Assembly: GCA_045635105.1 (NCBI GenBank)
Contig: JAZRBN010000025.1
Span: 8,054 to 72,053, forward strand
From: Faecousia sp.
Lineage (GTDB): Bacteria; Bacillota; Clostridia; Oscillospirales; Oscillospiraceae
Direction: 5' to 3'
Length of the DNA stretch: 64,000 nt
The translations under genes were made by a program, and so were the position numbers. Of the stretch, positions 46,481 to 56,411 are shown piece by piece; the stretch's first letter is position 1, and each line of letters opens with the position of its first letter. The notes beneath the pieces were generated by a model. It saw only the letters and a program-made list of their open reading frames with translations. It did no database searches and was not told where the DNA came from.

Positions 46481-47851
46481 ATGGAAAAGAAACAAATTCC
46501 CTACAAAATCTATCTGGAAGAGAGCGAGATGCCCAAATATTGGTACAATCTCCGGGCGGATATGGTGAATAAGCCTGCGCCTTTGCTGGACCCCAAAACC
46601 CATCAGCCTATGACGGCTGCGGATTTGGCGCCGGTGTTCTGCGATGCGCTGATTGAGCAGGAGCTGGACGATACCACCGCCTATTTTGAAATTCCCCAGG
46701 AGATTTTGGGCTTTTATAAAATGTACCGTCCCGCGCCGCTGGTACGGGCATACTGCTTGGAGGAAAAGCTCCAAACCCCTGCGAAAATCTATTATAAATT
46801 TGAGGGCAACAACACCAGCGGCAGCCACAAGCTGAATTCTGCTATTGCCCAGGCGTATTACGCCAAAAAGCAGGGCTTAAAAGGCGTAACCACCGAAACC
46901 GGCGCCGGTCAGTGGGGTACTGCGCTGTCTATGGCCTGCGCTTACCTGGGGCTGGATTGCAAGGTGTATATGGTGAAGGTCTCCTATGAGCAAAAGCCCT
47001 TCCGTCGTGAGGTGATGCGTACCTACGGCGCGTCCGTTACCCCCAGTCCTTCTATGGAAACAGAGGTAGGCAAGAAGATTCTTGCGGAGCATCCCGGCAC
47101 AACCGGAAGCCTCGGCTGCGCTATTTCTGAGGCAGTTGAGAAGGCCACCAGTCTGCCCGGCTACCGCTATGTGCTTGGCAGCGTTCTCAATCAGGTGATG
47201 CTCCATCAGTCGGTGATCGGCTTGGAGACAAAGATTGCAATGGATAAGTACGGCATTCAGCCGGATATTATCATTGGCTGCGCCGGCGGCGGCTCAAATT
47301 TGGGCGGCCTGATTGCCCCCTTTATGGGCGAAAAAATCAAGGGCAAGGCGGACTACCGCTTTATTGCCGTTGAGCCGGAGACCTGCCCCAGCTTTACAAA
47401 GGGCAAGTATGCCTATGACTACTGCGATACAGGTATGGTCTGTCCTCTGTCTAAGATGTATACCCTGGGCAGCGGCTTTATTCCTGCGGGAACCCACTCC
47501 GGCGGTTTGCGGTATCACGGTATGAATTCTACCTTGTCTCAGCTGTACGATGACGGTCTGATGGAGGCCATCAGCGTACCCCAGACAGAAGTATTTAAGG
47601 CGGCTGAGGAGTTTGCCCGGGTGGAGGGTATCCTGCCTGCGCCTGAAAGCTCCCACGCCATTAAGGTGGCCATCGACGAGGCGCTGAAATGTAAGGAAAC
47701 AGGGGAGGAGAAGACCATTCTCTTTGGCCTTACCGGTACAGGCTATTTTGATATGATGGCCTATGAAAAGTTCCACGACGGCAAGATGGTGGATTATGCC
47801 CCCACCGACAAGGAGCTGCAAAAAGGGTTCAGTTACCTGCCCGAAGTATAA
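46481..47851 (+). CDS. trpB2: TrpB2 (stand-alone tryptophan synthase beta-like PLP enzyme)
   Basis: WYNLRAD, SGSHKLNSA, TETGAGQWG, LGSVLN, GGGSN, GGLRYHG, PAPESSHA. Confidence 0.92.
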   Translation: MEKKQIPYKIYLEESEMPKYWYNLRADMVNKPAPLLDPKTHQPMTAADLAPVFCDALIEQELDDTTAYFEIPQEILGFYKMYRPAPLVRAYCLEEKLQTPAKIYYKFEGNNTSGSHKLNSAIAQAYYAKKQGLKGVTTETGAGQWGTALSMACAYLGLDCKVYMVKVSYEQKPFRREVMRTYGASVTPSPSMETEVGKKILAEHPGTTGSLGCAISEAVEKATSLPGYRYVLGSVLNQVMLHQSVIGLETKIAMDKYGIQPDIIIGCAGGGSNLGGLIAPFMGEKIKGKADYRFIAVEPETCPSFTKGKYAYDYCDTGMVCPLSKMYTLGSGFIPAGTHSGGLRYHGMNSTLSQLYDDGLMEAISVPQTEVFKAAEEFARVEGILPAPESSHAIKVAIDEALKCKETGEEKTILFGLTGTGYFDMMAYEKFHDGKMVDYAPTDKELQKGFSYLPEV

Positions 47852-47856
47852 AAGAA

Positions 47857-47885
47857 AAGGCGTGCTGCGGCACGCCTTTATTTTT
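47857..47885 (+). terminator. Rho-independent terminator
   Basis: AAGGCGTGC-TGCG-GCACGCCTT then T-run. Confidence 0.75.
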
Positions 47886-47889
47886 GTGC

Positions 47890-47945
47890 TTGACAAAGGG
47901 GAAGGAGTGCTGTATACTAACTGTACTAGTACACTTAGTACGGTT
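47890..47945 (+). promoter_or_regulatory. Promoter and YtrA-type operator
   Basis: TTGACA-17nt-TATACT; inverted repeat AACTGTACTA-N7-TAGTACGGTT over the start site. Confidence 0.75.
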
Positions 47946-47972
47946 AATACACCGATAAAGGAGGGGATACGC

Positions 47973-48338
47973 GTGGTGCATCTGGATTACCGGGACGCAA
48001 GACCCATCTATACTCAGATTGCCGATAACTTTCGCAATCAAATCCGCGCCGGGGTGCTGACGGAGGGGGATAAGCTCCCCAGTGTCCGGGAATTGGCAAG
48101 CGCGCTTGCCATCAATCCCAATACCATTCAGCGGGCCTACCGGGAGCTGGAAACGGAAGGCTGGATCGCCTCTGTGTCCGGTAAGGGCAGCTTTGTCTGC
48201 GCGCCTGTTGGTACCGATCCCGGTTTGCAGGAGCTGTGGGCGGAGCTGGACGCAGCCGCGGCAAGGCTTCTGGACGCAGGTGTTTCCCGCCAAACTCTGC
48301 TGCAACATTTGAAACAAGGAGGGGATACCCATGCTTAA
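47973..48338 (+). CDS. GntR family (YtrA subfamily) regulator
   Basis: PIYTQI, GDKLPSVRELA, INPNTIQRAYRELE, GKGSFV; AAGGAGG RBS before GTG 47973. Confidence 0.92.
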   Translation: MVHLDYRDARPIYTQIADNFRNQIRAGVLTEGDKLPSVRELASALAINPNTIQRAYRELETEGWIASVSGKGSFVCAPVGTDPGLQELWAELDAAAARLLDAGVSRQTLLQHLKQGGDTHA

Positions 48339-49212
48339 TATGCAAGATGTAACCAAAACCTTCGGGGATTTTACCGCTTTGTCGGGACTTTCTATGACAG
48401 TACCCAAAGGCGCAGTCTACGGCCTTGTTGGCCCGAATGGCGCAGGTAAATCCACCGCCATTCGTCTGCTCACCGGTGTGTACCGCCCGGATTGCGGCAG
48501 CATCACACTGGAAGACCAGCCGGTGTACGAAAATCCCGCGGTCAAGACTCGAATCAGCTACATTCCCGATGAAATTTTCTTCTTCCCGTCAGCCTCCTTG
48601 GAGGAGATGCGGAAGTACTACAAGGGTTTCTATCCCAAGTTCGATGATGAGCTGTTTAATCGGCTGTACGATGTATTCCAGCTGCCGAAAAAGTCCCAAA
48701 TCCGTCGGTTTTCCAAGGGTATGCAGAAGCAGGCGGCATTCCATTTAAGTATCTGCACCAGACCTGATGTGCTGATTTTGGACGAGCCGGTGGACGGCCT
48801 TGATCCGGTGATGCGCCGGCAGGTGTGGAGTCTGATTCTGTCGGATGTTGCCCAGCGGGAGACCACTGTGCTGATCTCCTCCCACAACCTGCGGGAGTTG
48901 GAGGATATCTGCGACCACGTGGGTATTATGGATAAGGGGCATATGCTGTTGGAGCGCAGCCTTGCATCTATGCAGGGCAACACGGTAAAGCTGCAAATGG
49001 TGGGCGATGCGCCGGAAGGTCTGGAAATTCTCCACACCAGCTCCTCCGGCAGATTGAACACCCTTGTTGTGCGTGGCACTCCTCAGGAGGTGCAGGCAAA
49101 GGTTGCCGCCTGCAAGCCGACATATTTTGATGTTTTGCCCCTGTCCTTGGAGGAAATCTTTATTTATGAACTGGGAGGTGTGAACTATGAAGTCAAGAAC
49201 ATCCTTCTTTAA
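48331..49212 (+). CDS. ABC exporter ATP-binding protein (YtrB-like)
   Basis: GPNGAGKST, FSKGMQKQ, LDEPVDGLD, SSH. Confidence 0.92.
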   Translation: MLNMQDVTKTFGDFTALSGLSMTVPKGAVYGLVGPNGAGKSTAIRLLTGVYRPDCGSITLEDQPVYENPAVKTRISYIPDEIFFFPSASLEEMRKYYKGFYPKFDDELFNRLYDVFQLPKKSQIRRFSKGMQKQAAFHLSICTRPDVLILDEPVDGLDPVMRRQVWSLILSDVAQRETTVLISSHNLRELEDICDHVGIMDKGHMLLERSLASMQGNTVKLQMVGDAPEGLEILHTSSSGRLNTLVVRGTPQEVQAKVAACKPTYFDVLPLSLEEIFIYELGGVNYEVKNILL

Positions 49213-50944
49213 TCTCACTGCATTCCGGAAGGACATCTTCCGTTTCTTCCCCATATGGGGTCTGTACACCATTTTTCTGCTGCTGGTTTTGTTCGCGCAG
49301 TCTCATGATTCTGACCCCCAAATGGCGCGCAGTATGCTGGAATTTACCAGCGCTATGTCCTGGATAAACTTGATTTACGGCGGACTTTGCGGCGCATTTT
49401 TGCTGATGGATTTGTTCAACGGCAGACTCTGCAATGCCCTTCACGCCTTCCCTATGCGCCGGGAAAGCTGGCTGACCACCCATATTCTTGCGGGTGTGCT
49501 GTTTAGCCTTGTTCCCAATCTGCTGCTGACCCTGCTGGCGAGCCTGCTGCTGTGGGAGTATGCGTATATGGCTCTTCTTTGGCTGGCGGTATCCACACTG
49601 CAATACCTGTTCTTCTTCGGTTCGGCAGTGCTGTGCGGCGTATGCGCGGGAAATCTGATCGGTATGGGAGTGCTCTACGGCATCTTCCATTTTATCACCG
49701 TGCTGGTGCAGGCGGTGGCGGAGCTTTTGTATGAACCGCTGCTCCACGGCATTCAGCTGAACACCAACCTGTTCTACCGGTATTTTCCTGCGTATCAGCT
49801 GGGAACCGCGAATTATGCAGAATACAGGGTTCATTATTCTGAGCACCTTACATTTGGTCAGTTTGAAGGGCTGGTAGGCGCGTCCTGGTGGTATGTGGGT
49901 ATTTGCGCCGGTGTGGGCATTGTCCTTGCGGCGCTGGCATATTTGGTTTACCGCCGCAGACAGCTGGAATCGGCAGGGGACTTTATCTCTCTGCGGCCCC
50001 TGTCTCCCTTGTTCTTGGTGATTTGCACCGTAGGTGCAGGCGCGATTTTCTATATGTTCTCCGAGCTGTTCGATAGCAAGACCTACATTATGCTGATCAT
50101 CGGCGGGATTATCGGCTACTTTGCAGGCAGTATGCTCTTAAACCGCACATTAAAGGTGTTCAACAAAAAGGCGTTTGTTGGCCTCGGTGTAGTGGCTGCG
50201 GTTTTTGCCGGAAGCCTGCTGCTGACCTCCCTGGACCCTCTGGGCGTTACCCGGTATGTTCCCAATATCGATAATGTGGAAAGCGCTGTGATTTGGGGCG
50301 CGGATAAAGCGGATTATAACTATTTGGCGATAAGTGCATTGCATAGCTATGTGGATGTGGGCAATGGCCAAAGCGGTTACCGGATTACCGATCGGGAGGA
50401 ATTGGAGGACTTGCAGAGCTTCCACAGAGAACTCACCGGTTACCGTTACAGTCGCGGACAGGGAACCCAGTGTGATGTGCGGATTCAGTATAAGCTGAAA
50501 GGTGGCAGAACCGTTACAAGATATTATGATGTGGGACGGGATAGCGCCGTAGGTGAGCGCGCAGGCAAGTATTTCAACGATATGCGCTATATCTTTGAAA
50601 TCAACGATCCAATCTATCTGTATCGCAGCATTGAAAACGTCGAGTTTGAGTGTTATCTGGAAGACGAGGGCAGGTTCGTAATGCTGATGGAAAAAGAGGA
50701 TTTAGAGGGTCTTCTGGATGCCATCAAGGCAGACTGCGAGGCAGGTCTGATGGCGCAAAACTGGGCGTATCACCGAAACGAGGATAAGGGATCTAATGTG
50801 ATAGGCTATCTCTATTTCTCCTTTGACCACAGCATATTCCAGTATACGGATTGGGGTTATTCTAGCCCGAATTTGACGGTTTGGTCGGACAGCACCAATA
50901 CAGTTAAATATCTGGAAGAAATGTGCGCAAAGTATCCGAAATAG
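49187..50944 (+). CDS. ABC exporter permease with C-terminal soluble domain
   Basis: Many TM helices; HAFPMRRE and YRRRQLESAG motifs; overlaps the ATPase gene. Confidence 0.75.
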   Translation: MKSRTSFFNLTAFRKDIFRFFPIWGLYTIFLLLVLFAQSHDSDPQMARSMLEFTSAMSWINLIYGGLCGAFLLMDLFNGRLCNALHAFPMRRESWLTTHILAGVLFSLVPNLLLTLLASLLLWEYAYMALLWLAVSTLQYLFFFGSAVLCGVCAGNLIGMGVLYGIFHFITVLVQAVAELLYEPLLHGIQLNTNLFYRYFPAYQLGTANYAEYRVHYSEHLTFGQFEGLVGASWWYVGICAGVGIVLAALAYLVYRRRQLESAGDFISLRPLSPLFLVICTVGAGAIFYMFSELFDSKTYIMLIIGGIIGYFAGSMLLNRTLKVFNKKAFVGLGVVAAVFAGSLLLTSLDPLGVTRYVPNIDNVESAVIWGADKADYNYLAISALHSYVDVGNGQSGYRITDREELEDLQSFHRELTGYRYSRGQGTQCDVRIQYKLKGGRTVTRYYDVGRDSAVGERAGKYFNDMRYIFEINDPIYLYRSIENVEFECYLEDEGRFVMLMEKEDLEGLLDAIKADCEAGLMAQNWAYHRNEDKGSNVIGYLYFSFDHSIFQYTDWGYSSPNLTVWSDSTNTVKYLEEMCAKYPK

Positions 50945-50950
50945 TAACAA

Positions 50951-50981
50951 AAAACACACCGAGATTTCTCGGTGTGTTTTT
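50951..50981. terminator. Bidirectional terminator
   Basis: AAAACACACCGAGA-TT-TCTCGGTGTGTTTT. Confidence 0.85.
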
Positions 50982-50983
50982 GT

Positions 50984-52498
50984 TTAATTCAGTACAGGGT
51001 GGTGGCAGCCGGGGCTGTCATAGGACAAAGGCTTAAAGGTATAGCCATTGCAAAGTCCCCAGGCGATAATCTGTTCCACAGCTGCGATGCTGTAATCCTT
51101 GGTATCGTGCTGCAATACAATGGAGGTTTGCATATCACCAATGCCGTTTACTACATTTTGGAAAACCTCTTCGGCGGTACGGGCGCGACCTGCATCGTCG
51201 CTGTCCACATTCCAGTCAAAGTACCGGTAACCCTGCGCCGGCAGGCTCTTGGTCAGCCTGCTCATAATGCCCCGGTTGTAGGCGCTGCTGATGGTGTTGG
51301 AGCTGCCGCCGGGGAAGCGGGTGAGCATTGTCTGCTGCCCGGTGTATTGGTGGATAACCTTCTGAATCGCCTGCAAATCCGCCATAAATGCGCTGTCGTT
51401 GGCATAGATTTGGCTGTAATTGTGGGAGTAGGTATGAATGGCAACGGTATGCCCCTCCTGCGCAGCCCGGGTAACCATATCCATATGGCTGCTCTGCACC
51501 ACAAAGAAGGTGGCCTTTACATTGTACTTGGCCAGAATATCCAGCAGCTTTCCTGTGTGGGCGCTGGGGCCGTCATCAAAGGTCAGGTAAATCACCTTGC
51601 CGTTGGGTTCGATGACAGTGCCGCCGGTGGGCTTTTCTTCTTCTGTTCCGTCGGAGGGCTTATCTTCTTCTGCGCCGTTGTCCGGTTCTTCCTCAGCGTC
51701 CTCATTTTTGGGAATCACATACACTGTCCGCTGGGCCTTTGCGGTGTTGCCGTATCCGTTGGTAACAGAGTACTCGATGCTGTAAATGCCGGGAATCTGC
51801 GGGTCAACACTGCCGCTGACGGAAACCGCGCTTGTTAAATCCCCGTCGTATTTGTCCTTGGCGGTAAAGCCAGGCTCAGCATAGTCTTCGCCTGCGATGA
51901 TATACGCTGTGGTGTTGCCCAGCAGCTGCAAGTCCGGCAGCGCCGGGTCATAGTAGCGAATGGTGCGGCTTGCGGTGGCAGTGTTGCCGGAGGAATCGGT
52001 TACGGAGTAGACGACCATACCGTCTTTTTCTTCCCGGGAAACCCGGTCAGTGATATCTCCGTCGTAATTATCCCAGGCAAAAAATCCCTCTTCCCGGTAG
52101 GTCTGATTGGGCAGGGTGTAGGCGTCGGGATTCACCGTCAGCTCGATCACCGGCGCGGTGGTATCCACAATATGTACACGGCGGTAATCCGTCCGCACAA
52201 TGCCGCTTACTTTTGCGGTGTATTTGAGCATATAGCTGCCGGTGCGGTGGATATTCACTGAGCCGGAAACCTTCACAGGAATATCTGTAACCGTACTGTC
52301 TATGGTATGCTGTGCCTGAGCGCCCGGCTCGCGGTAAGGATTGCCGTATTCCAGATAAAACTCCTGTCCGCCGCTGAGCAGCAGGGACAGTGTTCCATAA
52401 TCCTTGGGCGTGCGCCATAGATACCACACCTGACAGCCACCGGCAATCAATGCCAGCACCAAAAGGCAGATGAGTATAATGCGAAATGTTTTCTTCAT
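50984..52498 (-). CDS. Membrane-anchored CE4 polysaccharide/peptidoglycan deacetylase with Ig-like (DUF5011-type) repeats
   Basis: TFDDGP, HTYSH, RFPGG, DWNVDS.D, LQHD; repeated Y.EPG..A.D.YDGD units. Confidence 0.88.
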   Translation of the reverse strand: MKKTFRIILICLLVLALIAGGCQVWYLWRTPKDYGTLSLLLSGGQEFYLEYGNPYREPGAQAQHTIDSTVTDIPVKVSGSVNIHRTGSYMLKYTAKVSGIVRTDYRRVHIVDTTAPVIELTVNPDAYTLPNQTYREEGFFAWDNYDGDITDRVSREEKDGMVVYSVTDSSGNTATASRTIRYYDPALPDLQLLGNTTAYIIAGEDYAEPGFTAKDKYDGDLTSAVSVSGSVDPQIPGIYSIEYSVTNGYGNTAKAQRTVYVIPKNEDAEEEPDNGAEEDKPSDGTEEEKPTGGTVIEPNGKVIYLTFDDGPSAHTGKLLDILAKYNVKATFFVVQSSHMDMVTRAAQEGHTVAIHTYSHNYSQIYANDSAFMADLQAIQKVIHQYTGQQTMLTRFPGGSSNTISSAYNRGIMSRLTKSLPAQGYRYFDWNVDSDDAGRARTAEEVFQNVVNGIGDMQTSIVLQHDTKDYSIAAVEQIIAWGLCNGYTFKPLSYDSPGCHHPVLN

Positions 52499-52516
52499 TG
52501 TTTCTCTTTCATTTGT

Positions 52517-52999
52517 TTATTGTATGCGCCGGTACAGGCACATTTCGTAAGCAATCCCGTTCTCTTCACCGGATTGCAGCACTTGCGCCAGCTCCCACTG
52601 GGGGTCTGTGTCTAAATTGGGGAAGAAGGTGTCAGATTCCGGACAGGCGTGAACCTTGGTAACGAATGCGGTATCACAGTAGGGAAGCATCTGCTGATAG
52701 ATACTGCCACCGCCGATGACCATTGCTCGTTCAGCGGTTTCTGCAAGCCGGACAGCCTCTTCCGGGCTGTGGCAGGTAACCACATCGGAAAGCTCTGTAT
52801 TCTGCCGGGTCAGCACCACATTCACCCGGTTGGGCAGGGGTCTGCCGCCGGGAAAGTCCGCAAGGGTCTTTCTGCCCACAATCACCATAGCGCCCCTGGT
52901 GGTCTCCCGGAAAAACTTCCGGTCGGCAGACAGGGCTACCGGCTGGGTGCCGTCGTTACCGATGCCCCAGTCATCGTAGACTGCTACAATCAGTTCCAT
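52517..52999 (-). CDS. folA: Dihydrofolate reductase
   Basis: WGIG, D.KFFRE.T, GRKT, PLPNR.N.VL, IGGG..Y, DTFFP. Confidence 0.93.
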   Translation of the reverse strand: MELIVAVYDDWGIGNDGTQPVALSADRKFFRETTRGAMVIVGRKTLADFPGGRPLPNRVNVVLTRQNTELSDVVTCHSPEEAVRLAETAERAMVIGGGSIYQQMLPYCDTAFVTKVHACPESDTFFPNLDTDPQWELAQVLQSGEENGIAYEMCLYRRIQ

Positions 53000-53008
53000 A
53001 TTTGCACC

Positions 53009-53839
53009 TCAGATTGCCATAGGGATTTCAAAATCGAAGGGGTGGAACTGATAATTTTCCACCTTGAAGCTGTCCTTGGTAAAGGCGTAGAAATCGGTAA
53101 TGCTCTCATCCAGGGTTACCTTGGGGGCAGGGAAGCCTTCGTTTTCCAGCATAGCCCTCACGGCAGGAATGTGTCGGTCGTAGATATGGCAGTCGGCAAT
53201 CACGTGCACCAGCTCGCCGGCTTCCAGTCCGGAAACCTGCGCCACCATCATTAATAGCATAGCATACTGACACACATTCCAGTTGTTGGCGGTGAGCATA
53301 TCCTGGCTGCGCTGATTGAGAATGCCGTTGAGGGTGTTGCCGCTGACATTGAAGGTCATGGAATAGGCGCAGGGATACAGATTCATTTCGTGCAGATCCT
53401 CAAAGGTGTAGATGTTGGTGAGAATCCGGCGGGAGGCGGGGTTGTGCTTCAAATCATACAGCACCCGGTCCACCTGGTCGAACATACCCTCTTTGTACTG
53501 GTGCTTCACACCCAGCTGATAGCCGTAGGCCTTGCCGATGGTGCCGTCTTCTCCTGCCCACTCGTCCCATACGTGGCTGCCCAGGTCTTCGATCCGGTTG
53601 GACTTCTTCTGCCAGATCCATAGCAGCTCGTCCAGGGCAGACTTCCAGTAGGTGCGGCGTAGGGTCATAATGGGAAATTCCTCTTTCAGGTTGTAACGGT
53701 TTACCACGCCGAATTTCTTCACGGTGTGGGCGGGCGTGCCGTCAGCCCAGCGGGGACGCACCTGTAAATCCGTATCATAAAAGCCGTTGTTTAGAATATC
53801 CAGACAGGTCTGGCGGTACAATTCATCTGCTCTGCTCAT
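53009..53839 (-). CDS. thyA: Thymidylate synthase
   Basis: ELLW, WDEWA, YGYQ, SRR, PC, NQRSQD, HIYDRH. Confidence 0.95.
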   Translation of the reverse strand: MSRADELYRQTCLDILNNGFYDTDLQVRPRWADGTPAHTVKKFGVVNRYNLKEEFPIMTLRRTYWKSALDELLWIWQKKSNRIEDLGSHVWDEWAGEDGTIGKAYGYQLGVKHQYKEGMFDQVDRVLYDLKHNPASRRILTNIYTFEDLHEMNLYPCAYSMTFNVSGNTLNGILNQRSQDMLTANNWNVCQYAMLLMMVAQVSGLEAGELVHVIADCHIYDRHIPAVRAMLENEGFPAPKVTLDESITDFYAFTKDSFKVENYQFHPFDFEIPMAI

Positions 53840-53910
53840 AGCAATTCCTCCATTAAAGGCATTTTATAGCATTGTACCATATCTTATCTGAAATTTCTAC
53901 ACAAAATAAC

Positions 53911-53940
53911 AAAAAGGTGCGTTTTTTACGCACCTTTTTT
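53911..53940 (-). terminator. Terminator
   Basis: AAAAAGGTGCGT-TTTTT-ACGCACCTTTTT. Confidence 0.75.
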
Positions 53941-54877
53941 ACTCGATATGGGTGTGGTTGCTGATGTGCTCTTCACAGTAGCAGTGGTAGCCCTTGCAGC
54001 GGGAGCAATACCGGAATTCCAGCTCCGGATTGGTCAGGTCTGTCCGTCCGCAAACGGTGCAGCGGTGGGTGTAGGGGGCGGTGGGTGTTATCACAGTTGC
54101 CTCATAAGAGCCGGCAGTGGGAAAGGGAACTGCGCCGGTCTTTTTTATAGACTTTCTCTTGAAGAGCCTGCCGGCGTTGACCCGCCAGGACATAGGAATG
54201 ACATTCAGCACATCTTTTCCAAAGAACAGCAAATAGTTGCCAATGGCAACCAGGGGGAACAGATTGTGGGGGAAGCAGAACACCGGAACCGACAGCTGAA
54301 ACACATCGTAGAGTGTGATCGCCAAATCCACTACCGCAAAGATCCACGCCTTCACCGGAATGATGAAAAACAGCAGAAAATGGGCGTTGGGGAACAGGGT
54401 GGCATAGCTTAAAAACAGCGTCAGATTCAAGGTTGTGCCCATGCTTTGATAAATCACGGAGCAGTCCAGCACATACTCGCCGCTGCGAATCAGAATGCCG
54501 CCGAAGCACATAGCGAAAATGTCCATCATCAGGATGCCGGACAGGTAGAACAGATTAAACCGGAGACTACCCCAGATGTTTTCGATGGCTCTGCCGATGG
54601 AGTAGTAGCACAAATAGCTGATTGCCACCAGCAGAATATTGCCGCTGGCGGAAAAGGATGTAAATACATAGGTAAACAGCCGCCAAACCTGTCCCTGCAA
54701 AATGGCGTTCCGGTCAAAGCACAGCACATCGTAGAGTACAAAATTCTGGGCGATCATACTGATGAAGTACACAATCGCATTACCCAGTACAATGTAAAGC
54801 ATCAGATTACTGATGCCTTTGTTGCGATTTTGAAAGCAAAACCGCTCAAAACTGCGGCGCAGATTTTTCAAACCCAT
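53939..54877 (-). CDS. Rhomboid-superfamily (Derlin-like) membrane protein with C-terminal Zn finger
   Basis: GQVWRLFTY (WR motif), FFIIPVKAW; C-terminal CxxC...CxxC...CEEH...H; no GxSG catalytic motif seen. Confidence 0.7.
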   Translation of the reverse strand: MGLKNLRRSFERFCFQNRNKGISNLMLYIVLGNAIVYFISMIAQNFVLYDVLCFDRNAILQGQVWRLFTYVFTSFSASGNILLVAISYLCYYSIGRAIENIWGSLRFNLFYLSGILMMDIFAMCFGGILIRSGEYVLDCSVIYQSMGTTLNLTLFLSYATLFPNAHFLLFFIIPVKAWIFAVVDLAITLYDVFQLSVPVFCFPHNLFPLVAIGNYLLFFGKDVLNVIPMSWRVNAGRLFKRKSIKKTGAVPFPTAGSYEATVITPTAPYTHRCTVCGRTDLTNPELEFRYCSRCKGYHCYCEEHISNHTHIE

Positions 54878-54971
54878 CAACTCCTCATGAAATTGTTACC
54901 ATAATAGCACCTTTTTTGGGAAAAGTCTATAAAGGATTTATGAATATTTTTTAGAAAATCACCAAAAACAC

Positions 54972-54999
54972 TTGACTTTTTTCGTCTTTCGTGTAGAAT
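54972..54999 (+). promoter_or_regulatory. Sigma-A promoter of the metK leader
   Basis: TTGACT-16nt-TAGAAT. Confidence 0.65.
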
Positions 55000-55020
55000 A
55001 ATGGAGCAACTGCATACAAG

Positions 55021-55110
55021 CCTTATCAAGAGTGGTGGAGGGAACGGCCCGATGAAACCCGGCAACCTACGCAAGTGTGGTGCCAAATCCGGCGGCAACG
55101 AGAGATGAGG
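55021..55110 (+). ncRNA. SAM-I (S-box) riboswitch
   Basis: CTTATCAAGAG-TGGTGGAGGGA-CGGCCCGATGAAACC-CGGCAACC...GGTGCCAAATCC...AGATGAGG; terminator GCACATCGA/TCGGTGTGC plus T-run follows (55123-55156). Confidence 0.95.
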
Positions 55111-55171
55111 ATTCGATAAAACGCACATCGAATGCTCGGTGTGCGGTTATTTTTTTGAAAGGAAAAATAAT

Positions 55172-56311
55172 ATGGAAAAGAGACTCTTTACTTCTGAATG
55201 TGTTACCTGCGGCCATCCGGATAAGGTGGCAGATGCCATTTCCGATGCGATTCTGGATGCCTGCCTTGCCCAGGATCCCAATTCCCGTGTGGCTTGCGAG
55301 ACAACGGTAACCACCGATTTCTGCCTGATTTGCGGCGAGATTACCACCAAGGCGGTGGTGGATTATGAGAAAACAGCCCGGGATGTAATCCGCTCCATCG
55401 GTTATACCAATCCGGAGGACGGCTTTGCCGCGGACACTGTGGAAATCCTCTGCAAGGTGCATACCCAGTCGGCAGACATTGCCCTGGGTACCAATGATGA
55501 GGTTGGCGGCGCCGGCGACCAGGGTATGATGTTTGGCGGCGCCTGTACCCATACGCCGGAGCTGATGCCCCTGCCGGCTGCGCTGGCAAGAGCGCTGGCG
55601 AACCGGCTGACCCAGTGCGTGGAGAGCAACGACCTGCTCCGCCCTGACGGAAAGACACAGGTGTCCGTGGAATTTGACCAGCAGGGCAATGTGGTGGGCA
55701 TCGATACGGTGGTTGTGTCCATTATGCACAGCGCGGATTTTGAGATGTCTGAGCTGCGCCGGTATATTCGCGACGGTGTCATCGCCCCTGTGCTGAAACA
55801 GTACGGCTTTGATGTGGAGACCGTTCCTCATATCCATATTAACCCCACCGGCAACTTTGTGATTGGCGGTCCTAACGGCGATACCGGCCTTACCGGCAGA
55901 AAAATCATCGTGGATACTTATGGCGGTTATTTCTCCCACGGCGGCGGCGCATTCTCCGGCAAGGACCCCACCAAGGTGGACAGAAGCGGCGCGTATATGG
56001 CCCGCTATATGGCCAAGAATCTGGTGGCGGCAGGACTGGCAGAGAAGGTTGAGGTTCAGCTTGCCTATGCCATCGGTGTTGCCCAGCCGGTTTCTGTGCG
56101 GGTGAACAGCTTCGGTACCGGCAAAATCGCCGATGAGGCGATGGTGGCGCTGCTGCGCAACCATTGCGACCTGACCCCCGGCGGCATTATCCGCAAATTG
56201 CAGCTGCGCCGTCCCATTTACAGCCAGACTGCCCGTAACGGTCATTTTGGTGTGGAAAATCTCCCCTGGGAGCAGACGGATTTGGCAGAAATACTTCGGA
56301 AATCTCTGTAA
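55172..56311 (+). CDS. metK: S-adenosylmethionine synthetase
   Basis: [48 protein letters not shown]. Confidence 0.97.
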   Translation: MEKRLFTSECVTCGHPDKVADAISDAILDACLAQDPNSRVACETTVTTDFCLICGEITTKAVVDYEKTARDVIRSIGYTNPEDGFAADTVEILCKVHTQSADIALGTNDEVGGAGDQGMMFGGACTHTPELMPLPAALARALANRLTQCVESNDLLRPDGKTQVSVEFDQQGNVVGIDTVVVSIMHSADFEMSELRRYIRDGVIAPVLKQYGFDVETVPHIHINPTGNFVIGGPNGDTGLTGRKIIVDTYGGYFSHGGGAFSGKDPTKVDRSGAYMARYMAKNLVAAGLAEKVEVQLAYAIGVAQPVSVRVNSFGTGKIADEAMVALLRNHCDLTPGGIIRKLQLRRPIYSQTARNGHFGVENLPWEQTDLAEILRKSL

Positions 56312-56321
56312 ATGCATAGTG

Positions 56322-56349
56322 AAAAGGAGCGTGAAAACGCTCCTTTTTT
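56322..56349 (+). terminator. Rho-independent terminator
   Basis: AAAAGGAGCGT-GAAA-ACGCTCCTTTTTT. Confidence 0.85.
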
Positions 56350-56411
56350 GTATGTACATTGCAGTTTGCTTTTTCACCTGTATTGTGGTATTATATGGAG
56401 AAAAGGAGTGA

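Noticed and set aside
52517-53839. thyA-folA as an acquired trimethoprim-resistance cassette
   Set aside because: Ordinary chromosomal pairing among housekeeping genes with no mobile-element context
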